A stretch of DNA of 64,000 nucleotides from the NCBI GenBank assembly GCA_013239625.1, contig MU053493.1, forward strand, positions 1,993,793 to 2,057,792, read 5' to 3'. The stretch comes from Lama guanicoe (lineage: Eukaryota). The notes below the pieces were generated by a model that was not told where the DNA came from, did not search any database, and saw only the letters and a program-made list of their open reading frames with translations. A program made the translations under genes and the position numbers. This document shows, piece after piece, positions 25,101 to 64,000 of this stretch. Numbering within the stretch: the first letter of the stretch is position 1; every line of letters starts with the position of its first letter.

Positions 25101-25528
25101 GTACTTTGTGTGTGAGCCTCTGATTCCCAGTGTGGTTTCTAAGGAGGCCAGGGCACCCCTGCCTGTCCCCAGCTCAGTGGGAAAACTGTCATCACGTGAA
25201 AAGTCCAATTTTTCACACTCCTGGTGTCAGCTCCAGCTGAAGGGAAACCAGCACTGGACTGTGTGTAAAACCCCCTGCAGATCTGGTGGGGTGCCCAGGT
25301 GAGTCCCCAGGTCAGGCAGGTCACGCTGCCTTCGCTCTGAGCGCAGGGCCTTCACACAGGAAATGCTCGGAGGGTTTGCATCCAGCCACATCGAGGGGAG
25401 GGAGCGGGGAGAGGTGGAGGCAGGAAGCCGGGCCAGCCCCTCTCTCTTGTTGACAGATCCACATGAAGACCATGCCAGCCGCCATGTTCAGGCTCCTCAC
25501 AGGCCAGGAGACCCCGCTCTACATCTAG
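4031..25528 (+). CDS. APBA2: APBA2 (X11-like/Mint2), 3' part of spliced CDS: join(4031..4176,4904..4939,7755..7841,13608..13793,16918..17097,17986..18198,19671..19790,22518..22658,25457..25528); 5' exons lie outside the window
   Basis: The spliced translation (V)[48 protein letters not shown]...GQETPLYI* matches the Mint2 PTB-PDZ-PDZ C-terminus. All introns are GT-AG and phases are continuous. Confidence 0.98.
4904..4939 (+). CDS. APBA2: APBA2 36-nt cassette exon ([12 protein letters not shown])
   Basis: Long pyrimidine tract, then ctcag|AGGATG...AAAGCG|gtgtgt; symmetric phase 0/0. Confidence 0.93.
6289..6410 (-). mobile_element. 5'-truncated L1 3'-end fragment
   Basis: T-run followed by the reverse complement of the L1 3'UTR end seen at 52200-52290. 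Confidence 0.85.
7068..7298 (-). mobile_element. 5'-truncated L1 3'-end with target-site duplication
   Basis: poly-T plus antisense L1 3'UTR (compare 59620-59825); TSD ctgtgacttt at 7061-7070 and 7299-7308, followed by ttt/aa. Confidence 0.9.
7755..7841 (+). CDS. APBA2: APBA2 exon, PTB (87 nt)
   Basis: ttag|AACTCT...ACACAG|gtgagt; [29 protein letters not shown]. Confidence 0.97.
8560..9030 (-). mobile_element. Old L1 (L1MC4/5-like) 3' region
   Basis: Motifs ccctgccccagacctggaaccagccatttcttccaggagcc and ggacagagctggacaatata, typical of the L1MC 3'UTR in antisense. Confidence 0.75.
10450..11520 (-). mobile_element. Decayed RTE-clade LINE, 3' half (RT motifs 5-7 to C-terminus)
   Basis: Colinear remnants on -: LWAADH..SEERL (11444-11398), SFKYLG (11305-11288), LLLRGCGTF (10913-10887), RW..SH....EDARRSKV (10740-10684), [11 protein letters not shown] (10510-10475). 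Confidence 0.65.
11625..11734. repeat. 55-bp tandem duplication (2 copies, 1 mismatch)
   Basis: agagctggtggcct(t/c)gtgctgcatttgctttgcagggagcagctctcttgtgagc at 11625 and 11680. Confidence 0.95.
11780..13320 (+). mobile_element. Decayed RTE-clade LINE, 5' half (endonuclease to RT motif 4), inverted relative to the 3' half
   Basis: Colinear remnants on +: WFDD (12402), VIVNHPTSS (12674), [12 protein letters not shown]...DKL (12766), [13 protein letters not shown] (12901), EAF...GLGW (13093), VR/QGEV*SP*L (13279-13312). Confidence 0.65.
13345..13552 (+). mobile_element. MER20 (hAT-Charlie) DNA transposon
   Basis: caggggacatttggc...tgtcacaactggg...ctggcatctagtgagtagaggccagggatgctg...gaggttgaga. 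Confidence 0.9.
13608..13793 (+). CDS. APBA2: APBA2 exon, PTB (186 nt)
   Basis: atag|GAGACC...GAGGAT|gtaagt; [18 protein letters not shown]...CHVFESED. Confidence 0.97.
14163..14398. mobile_element. Tigger2/MER8-type MITE (TcMar-Tigger)
   Basis: Degenerate TIRs gagtggacccatgaac ... gggtcaactg, TA on both flanks (14161-14162, 14399-14400), internal gggtttgaactgagcgggtccactta. Confidence 0.85.
15654..15672 (-). promoter_or_regulatory. CTCF motif candidate
   Basis: The minus strand reads AGACCACCAGGTGGCGCTA, matching the core CCASYAGRKGGCRS. Confidence 0.6.
16918..17097 (+). CDS. APBA2: APBA2 exon, end of PTB and linker (180 nt)
   Basis: gcag|GCCCAG...AAGGAG|gtgagg; [20 protein letters not shown]...SENCKE. 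Confidence 0.97.
17986..18198 (+). CDS. APBA2: APBA2 exon, PDZ1 (213 nt)
   Basis: ccag|CTGCAG...ATCAAG|gtgggt; [22 protein letters not shown]...CQGIIK. Confidence 0.97.
19020..19330. promoter_or_regulatory. Intronic CpG-rich patch with NRF1 motifs
   Basis: Perfect TGCGCATGCGCA at 19073-19084, CGCGCATGCGTG at 19047-19058, dense CpG. Confidence 0.5.
19671..19790 (+). CDS. APBA2: APBA2 exon, PDZ1/PDZ2 junction (120 nt)
   Basis: gcag|GGGCTG...GGAATT|gtgagt; [18 protein letters not shown]...FSVQNGI. Confidence 0.97.
22518..22658 (+). CDS. APBA2: APBA2 exon, PDZ2 (141 nt)
   Basis: ctag|ATCTGC...GGAGAG|gtgagc; [26 protein letters not shown]...SNSVGE. Confidence 0.97.
23944..24579 (-). mobile_element. 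ERV1-class solo LTR (636 bp)
   Basis: TGTT...AACA ends; 4-bp TSD GCTG (23940-23943, 24580-24583); minus-strand TATAAAA at 24113-24107 and AATAAA at 24030-24025. Confidence 0.85.
25457..25528 (+). CDS. APBA2: APBA2 last coding exon
   Basis: acag|ATCCAC...[32 protein letters not shown]. Confidence 0.97.
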   Translation: MHMKTMPAAMFRLLTGQETPLYI

Positions 25529-26625
25529 GCTGACCGCCTGCACCCCGAGGAGCCGGAGCCGGACCCAGGACCTGACCCAGGCCCCAGAGCCCCCAAGGAC
25601 CCGGGCTCCCCAGAAGGCCATGTCCTCACCACCCACTTTTTTTTTTGGACCCAGAGGGGTACGTCTTTACCCAAGGAGGGTCGCAGGAACCCATCTTCGT
25701 GGAACAATCGAGTATTTTGGCATGTCCTGAATTTTCTCGTGGCGGGCAGGGTTTAACTGTACCTCTGCGTGCTATGGAGTCTTCCCTTCCTGGAGCCGTG
25801 GAGGGTGAACGTGGCTGCTTCCAGATGTGGCCACAAACGTGAAGGGAGCCGCTCGAAGGCAGCGAGCTCTGGGGGGCAGTGGCGATGCCCTCACTGGGGC
25901 TCTGGGGTCCCGCAGGGACAGCAGTGGCCCAGACGGGCTGCTTTGGTGCGAGCGTGGGCAGTCAGCTCTTAGGATGTGACTTGTAATGACAGTGAGGAAT
26001 GTGTGACTGGATGTCACAAGCAAAGAGCCGTTCCTGAGTGAAATAAAGGGTGATGGCCACACCCTCAAACCTCCACTTTTATTTAGACAACATCACTCGT
26101 TTGATTTTTACTGATGACAGGCCGTTCTTCAGACGTGAGGGCTCTTGGATGCCTGTGACCACCTGCTCTCCTGTGCTCGCCTGTCCCTTGATTGCTGGGG
26201 ACGTCCCTGGGCGGCAGCCTCCTCCGGGGACGAGGAGAGCAGCCTGGTGCCGGCCCTCCAGTCACAGTCCCCATCTACAGACACGCAGCCACACGTGTGC
26301 TCCCCGCTCGGAAGCAAGACCCACACCAGGAAGGTCGGCGCCTGCCGTGCCGGATGCCCCCGCGGGCAGCACTGGCGCTTGTAGACCCGGCGTGCCGTAG
26401 TCTGGTTCCGCCCACCGGAGGAGCTCAGTGTGAACCAACGTCACTCTGTCCGGAAGTCTCTTTTTTTGGCCCAGGCCTTGAAGAATACACTGTGACTTAA
26501 GAAGCCTTACCTTGCAGTAACTCAAGCTTTAGGATTACTGTATTCGAGGAGTGACCTGTGTGTTGCATGCAGCCGACCTTAGGAAGACTCGCTGATCTCA
26601 CTAATAAACCCGGAGTCATGATGAA
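25529..26625 (+). other. APBA2: APBA2 3'UTR (3' end approximate)
   Basis: Follows the stop codon; AATAAA at 26042-26047 and 26603-26608. Confidence 0.75.
26603..26608 (+). terminator. APBA2 distal polyadenylation signal
   Basis: AATAAA followed about 25-40 nt later by GU-rich gtgtggctggtttgtt. Confidence 0.7.
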
Positions 26626-27584
26626 AAGATGCTCGTGTGGCTGGTTTGTTAACAGAGAGGCGGACACCCAGCCTTCCTCGAATGCCCTACTTCACAGCCT
26701 GGCTCTGGGAGGGGGCCTGACGCCCCCCATCCTGGGTCTGTGGGCTCCTGCCCTACCCACCCCATCTCTGGAGGGGACAGGCTTCAACCACTTGAATAAG
26801 GGAGTCTCCTGGTTTAAAGGTGAATCACCTCTGGGAGACGGTGTGAGTCCGGATGCTGGCTCCGTGTTCCAGCACCGCTCCTTACCTGTGGGTACTGAAT
26901 AGTCTGTCTTGCAAAGTAACAGGACTCGGCAGCGTTGCCATCACTGATTTGACTCTGGCCACCGTCTTGGTCCCAGCATCTCCTGCTGTGGGAGACAGGG
27001 TGAAGGTGGGCTTTGGTCGGAAGCCCTTGGGGTGGGGGCTTGCCAGCGTGTTAGCTGGGGCCCCTTCTCTGGCCGACCCACAGGCCCCACACTGGGAGCT
27101 ACTAGCAGGGTGGCTCACAGCCTGGGGTAATGAGAAGGAACGTCCCAGGAGTAAGAGCTGGGGGGAAGGGCCTCGGGTCAGGGGCGCCCAGGGGACAGCC
27201 CTGCAGCGCCCGGAACGATCAGGGGAACGGGCTCTGGAGGGGCATCCACGACCAGCAAGTGACATGGGGGCAGCTGTCAGTCAAATGACACACACACTGA
27301 AAAATCAACAGTAAAGCCAGATTTCCTCACAGAAGGCTGGGACGTGTCGCGTGGAGGGACGGCTGGTGACCAGGGTCAGTGGGACCTACCTGCGTCTGGG
27401 CGCCTGCCCGCTCTCCCTCATGCCCCCAGGGCCTGACCGTCTCCAGAAGGACACCAGGAAATACACTGGGTCCACGGGGGGCCCAGGCTCGCTAGCCGCC
27501 CAGCCTGAGCCCACCCTCAGGACCCGGCCACCGGCGGTGCACACGGCTCTCAGCTTCCATCGGTTCCAAGGAAACCTCGGAGAC

Positions 27585-30320
27585 ACAGGGGCCAGAAATA
27601 ATTTTTATTAAAACACTGACCATTATGAAAACACCTTGAGGTACATTAAATAAATACGACCTTCCAGTTGTACAAACAGGCTTGAAAACAATTTCCTATA
27701 AATTCTGCCTTCAGGGCAGCATCTGTAAATCAATACAGCTGAGGGGAAAAAACATTCATTTGAAGTAGGCTTCCTTTCGTGTGGTTTGTTACAGGCGTTG
27801 AATTGGTATCCTTGTGGCCAGCTGCAGGAGACTTGAAGTCCTCATGCAGGATAAGCTCCCCACATTTGCCCCAGAGTTGGGGTCCAGAGCGCCTGCATCT
27901 TAGCATCCTGGTGCACCCAGGCAGGGGTCAAATGGCAGTGTCCTGTCCGGAGAGCTCTGGCCCCAGGCTGAGCCGGCCCTCTTCGTGGCCTGGGAGGCGT
28001 CAGGGAAAGCACACTGTCTGGGGCTCCTAGTCCCCAGCCTCCACTTGGCAGAGCAGGGATGGAGGTACCGGCCCCTTCCCAGGGCCGCTAACTGGCACCT
28101 TTCCTGGAAGCTAGGAGCCTGGGCCCTGCTGGAGCCAACGTGGGCCACAGGGGCCCTGAGAGGGTGGGCAGAAGGTTCTAGCCCAGTGGCAGAGAATTGG
28201 ATACAGCTCCCTCACCGCCAGCAGTTTCTAGGAGAGCAAACACAAAACTGAGTGGGAGGCCGTATGTGGGGCCGGCGCCCACACATGTCCGGGACGAGAG
28301 GGCTTCGGGCCAGAGCACCACCTGCACCGAGTGGACGCGCGGGCCGGGGCGGGTCCCCGGAGACAGAGGACACTGTCCTTCTGCAGGAAGGGAAGCACAG
28401 GACACAGAGCACCAGACCGGGCTCCTGGAGGTCACTCGCCCCGCTGCAGTGACAGCTGTGATGCTTACGAGGTGGGGGATGTGAGCATGGGCCTCACTTG
28501 AGGTGCATTCACGTCTTGAGACCTGCAGGCTCAGCCCAGGGACCCCGCTGGGTGAGGCCAACACACAGGTGAGCCCCCTGCGGCCTGCTGAGCTCTGGCT
28601 TCCTCCCCAGAGACACCTGATGCAGAGACCAGGGTGCCGGGCCATTAATGCCTTGCCGGGAGGCTCAGGAGGCCACCTGAAAAACCATCAGTTCACTTTA
28701 CCTGCAAAGAGAGTCGCTCTGCAGAGAGAGGGCGCTCAGAAGCCCTCGGTTGAGAAAAATGAGAGAACAGTTTCTGTCTTATAGTCTGGATGAAGTGCTC
28801 ATAGATTCATCTCTGGGACGTCTCTAGTGGACGCGTTCTGGCTGTCATCACAAGCCTGGTTTGTGTCTGTCCAGCTCTCTCACCTCTGGGAGGCAGTGAC
28901 CACTGATGGCATCAGTGCAGCGAAGTGCTGGCAGCTGACAGTCCCCGCAGGCTCCCTACCCAGCTCCCAGGGGCTCCCCTGGCATCTGGGCTGGAAACAC
29001 CCCTACCACCCCTTTTCTGCTCCAGGGTCACACAGACACACCCCCCACACACTGGCTATAGTGTGGTGTAGCCCCTGGACTGCTGGATGCCCAGCAGTGG
29101 GGTGACCTGCCTGGCCCCCCCCGCACCTCCCCCCTCGATTCGGGCTGACGGGTTTTCAGTTGGAAACTGTGGCCTCTGGGCTGCCGGGCCCAATGCAGGG
29201 GCCACAGGCCACAGCTCAGGGTCGCAGCTAAGGTATCCTTACAGTTGCAGAAAGTTCTCCAGGACAGCACTGCTCCAGGGCCATCGTGAGGAAGCAGCTG
29301 CTGCGGAGGTGGCCAGAACAGGGGGGCTGGGGACCGGGAAGGTCAAAGCACCCAAGCTGCCGCTGCTGGAGAGGCCGGGCCGGCCGAGGGGCCTCCTGCA
29401 ACCCCGGCTTGGTGGGCTTCACAGAGAGAAGTGCTTTACGACTGGCATCCTCCCTGGCACGTGTGCCCGCGGCCCCCAGCTGGGGAAGGGACACTCCAGG
29501 TCGTCAGAGACCTGCTCTCTTGGGAGGTGCCCAGACCACCACCCAGCAAGGCTGAGCTGGGAGGGTGGATGCGGGGAGGGCCCCGGGCTTGCACAGCGGC
29601 TGACATCAGGGGCAAACCACCCCTGACAGGGCTCCGTGCTGACCAGGTCAAGAGACGGACGACAGAGAGACGGGGAGGAAGCAGGGACGGTGCCCTTGGG
29701 GGAGGCAAGGAGCAGAAGACAAGGTGACAGGGGTCCCTCAGAGCCCCCAGCCACCCCCGTCCGCCTCCCACGGTGGTGGGGCCGAACAGAGTCCCCCACT
29801 GTCCTTCTGTTCACATGGGGCCCTGTCGCCCTGCGGGCAGAAGGCTGGGCTCAGGCTGTCATCTGCGCTAGAATTTCTTTATAAAGTCAGCCTCTGAGAA
29901 AGGGGTGACCTCGGAGAAACAGGAAGCAACCGAGTCTCATTCCTTGATGTCCTTGAGTCACTTAAACACTCAACTACCTCGGGGTGGGGGGGTCCTGCTC
30001 TTTGACAGCCACGGTGTAGAAGATGCTTCAGTTTCCTTAATTACTTGAGTGTCATCTGTCACTGGGAGTTTGAGGTGCCACGTGCCAACAAAACCAAAGA
30101 AGTTGCAGGGGGCTCGAGAAAGTCATTTGCTGTGTCCCTGGGACAGGCAGGAAGAATCACCTCCAGGACACCACTGATGGGATCCTGCCACGGAGGGAAC
30201 AGCTGTCCCACCCGAACCACTCCAGATGCTCCCAGACAGCAGCTCCTCCCCACAGGCCCGTGCCCCGGCAGGGACCCCAACACCAGGCCTGTCCTCTCCA
30301 CGCCCAGACCTGCAGTGCCC
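27585..30320 (-). other. ENTREP2: ENTREP2 3'UTR (about 2.7 kb; end approximate)
   Basis: Runs from the stop codon to a minus-strand AATAAA in an AT-rich terminal block. Confidence 0.7.
27604..27609 (-). terminator. ENTREP2 polyadenylation signal
   Basis: tttatt on + equals AATAAA on -, at the end of the AU-rich block 27600-27780. Confidence 0.75.
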
Positions 30321-61099
<30,779 letters not shown>

Positions 61100-62329
61100 T
61101 TAAAACGGCCTTCTGCCCGGGTCGCGTGCTTGAACGGCGGGATTAAGAACACGTGACAGGCATCCCATTTAGTTTCCGTTACAGTCATGAAACCAGAACC
61201 CGCCGTCAGAAACACCATTAGGAATTATTCTAAAATCCTATTTGAAAAGCAATTAAAAAAATAAATTTGAAGAAACTGAAGCTAAAAAGTTACAGATATT
61301 CACATTAAGTGTGGAGACGTTATCACAGCTCCGTGCCTTGGCACATTCTGTGCCCCTGGTCAGCAACTGCTGTCTCCTTTTATGGCCTGTCAAACTCCTC
61401 GTCCTCAAGGCCCTGTCTGGTTTCCCTCTCCAGAGCGGCTTGCTTCTCCCGGGGGCGGAGCACTCCGTACTTCCACTGAAGACCTTTTCATCAGCTGCAG
61501 TAACTTGGATTTCCACCTGATTAGTGAGGATTCCCCAGTCAGGGAAAACCTGTTTCAGCTGCAGTACCCGGTGCCTCAGGTAATACCTCCAGCCCAGCCC
61601 TCACCCACAACAGGTAAATGCACATCCCAGCAATTTACTGGGACCAGTACTGTCTGGTGTGGCTGGGAAGCCTGAATATGCAGTTAGATGCAGTTTCGGA
61701 GCCAGGGAAGCGAATTCGCACCAACATTTCTAAGGTAGGAGGCGGGCACACTGAGAAGCACGTGAGGTCACTGCACGAGGCAGCAGACATCACTGGGAAA
61801 CTGGCCAACTGGCTGCTGCAGGATGAGGGGAGGGAGAGGAGCAGGGGAGGGAGGGGAGGACAGGGTGGAGGCGGGGAGGATGGCAGGGGCCAGGAGTGCC
61901 CACTGGAGGAAGTGCCCTGCCCTCTTAGCAAGGGTTCTGAGCCCCAACTCGCCTCTCCTGTAACCCTAGGTTTAACTCCGACATCCCAGAAAACTGCTCA
62001 ACCGCAACGTCACCAGGTTCCTCTCTCTCCCCATGAGTGTGTGCTCAGCCGCCCTCTAGGGTCCTTGTTTGCTCTCTGTCTCCCCCACAGACAGACAGCG
62101 AGTTCCCAGCACACGGGCATTATTCCCGTGGGGGGGGGGGCGCTCACAAGGGAGCTGGCTCAGGGCACATCCTGCTGCAGCCTGAGAGCTGCGAGCCGGC
62201 GCCCGGGGACGGGGCCACGACAGATCAGTCAGAACCTCAGGGGCCTGCTCAGGCTACTCCAAGATGCTCAGTGGGGAGGTCTAGAGGCAGTCTGTTTTCC
62301 TTTTCTTTTCAGGGATTTTAAACCGCATT

Positions 62330-63735
62330 GACTGTGATTTTTTTCTGATTACAGGAATCATACGAAACATTTTGAAATACCGAATAAAATAACAACAAAA
62401 ATCACCTTTCAGTTACCCCTCTATCCTGAGATAACCAACAGTTAACATTTGGGGATATTCAAATTGATTTTAAAACGGGATCATACAGTTTTTAAGTCTG
62501 AGCTTTGTACTTAATATAGCACGAACTTCTCAGTTTATTTTCTGCTATGAAATATACATGAGAGAGTCATATACGTGTTCAGTTTAAATAAACACCGAGT
62601 ATGTCCCACCCAACCTAGACACAGAACACTGCCAGGCCTTTAGGGGCCTTTGTGCCCCTTGCTGAGCACACACCCACCAGCCCCTCCCCAAGAAGCGGCC
62701 ACTATCCCGGGTTTTGTGCTAATCCTTCCCTTGCTGTGGTCTTGCCGCATATCCGCGTATCTCTAAGCAAGACAGGTGTTACTTTGACCAGTTTTTAAAC
62801 TTTAAAAATAGAATCACACACTCTATTTGTATGGACCTCCCTTCTTTTGCTCTACACAGTATTTCCAAAGCTCAGTAACACCGGTGAAGAGCTGCGGTCC
62901 ATCGCTCAGATCGCTGCACGGGGTGCTGTTCCGCCTCCCATTCTGCGGACGGACATGGCACTGTGTCCGGGCTCCGGCTCCCATCAACCACGTCGGCGTG
63001 AACGCCTCCCAGTGCACACAGGCACGTGTTTCCTAAGTGGCTAAACCCAGAGGCAGACTGCACTGTCCTATGGTACATGCACACATGACGTTACGAGGCA
63101 AGGCCAACTGCCTGCAAAATATTTGAACAAGTTATGCTCCCAACAAGGTGTGAGAGTTCAAATGGACCCACATTCTCACCGACTCTTGCTAATGTGGGAC
63201 TTCTACATTTCTGCACAAATAATGACCACTGATTGGGTGTCAGGCCTGTTATCCCATTTTCTGAAATGTCCATATTGTGAAACCACACACAAATGCACAG
63301 AACACACACATACAGTTCCCAGATTTATCACAAAGCCAGCGCCCAGGGGACCACGGCCAGGCCCCCAGGAGGCCTCTCATGCCCCTTCCCCCATCATTCC
63401 TCCCTCCCACTAGACCAAAAGTTCACCAACCTCCTCACTTTTTGATAATCACTTCCATGCTTTCAACTTTATACTTTGACCACTTACAATATAGTTTAGT
63501 TTTGCCTGGTCTTCTAACGTGATGTAAGTGGAATCAGGCAATATTTTTAACACCTGGCTTCTTTCATTTAAAATTATGAGACTCATCCATGCTACTGCAT
63601 CTAGGTGTCGGTGATTCATGTTCACTGCTGCATAATAATACATTACATTAATATGCCGCCATTTGTATACTTATTCTCTTGCTGATGGACATGTGGATTG
63701 TTGCCAATTTTTGGCAATTAAGAGCGAGGCTGCTC
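62330..63735. mobile_element. Cluster of old L1ME-like fragments
   Basis: gagataaccaacagttaacatttgggg, ctggcttctttcattta, gatggacatgtggattgtt motifs. Confidence 0.55.
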
Positions 63736-64000
63736 ATCAGGGAAACGCAAATCAAAACCACAATGAGATGTCACCTCACACCTGTCAGGATGGCTGTCAT
63801 CAAAATGTGCACAAATAACAAATGTTGGTGAGGATGTGAAAAAAAGGGACCCCTCCCACACTGCTGGTAGAAATGCAAATTGGTGCAACCACTGTGGGAA
63901 ACACAGAGGTTTCTCAAAAATCTATAATAGAACTAACATATGACCCCCTCCCCAGCAATTCCATTGTTGGGTATATACCCAAAAAAACAAAAATGCTAAT
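63736..64000 (+). mobile_element. L1 ORF2 C-terminal fragment running off the window
   Basis: catcagggaaacgcaaatcaaaaccacaatgagatgtcacctcacacctgtcaggatggct. Confidence 0.92.

Overview
Mammalian GC-rich euchromatin, probably camelid: three tRNA-Ala-like SINEs resemble Vic-1, and I recognised no Alu, Bov-tA, PRE1 or Can-SINE. Two genes converge tail-to-tail. The + strand carries the last nine coding exons of APBA2 (X11L/Mint2; PTB, PDZ1, PDZ2), with the stop at 25526-25528 and the 3'UTR to about 26625. The - strand carries the last eight coding exons of ENTREP2/FAM189A1, with the stop at 30321-30323 and a poly(A) signal at 27604-27609. All exon boundaries were checked by eye for GT/AG and phase continuity. 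Introns hold L1, L2, MIR, MaLR/ERV1 LTRs, MER20, a Tigger-type MITE and SINEs. The most unusual observation is a ~2.9 kb heavily decayed RTE-clade LINE fossil in an APBA2 intron (about 10450-13320). Its 5' half (endonuclease to RT motif 4) is inverted relative to its 3' half (RT motif 5 to C-terminus), the geometry expected from twin priming. Also noted are an L2-embedded RE1/REST site, an intronic CTCF motif, an NRF1/CpG intragenic promoter candidate, a 36-nt basic cassette exon and a duplicated candidate poison exon. There are no prokaryotic systems or CRISPR arrays, and most ORFs in the supplied track are spurious. Gene and repeat names rest on recalled consensus sequences, not database searches.
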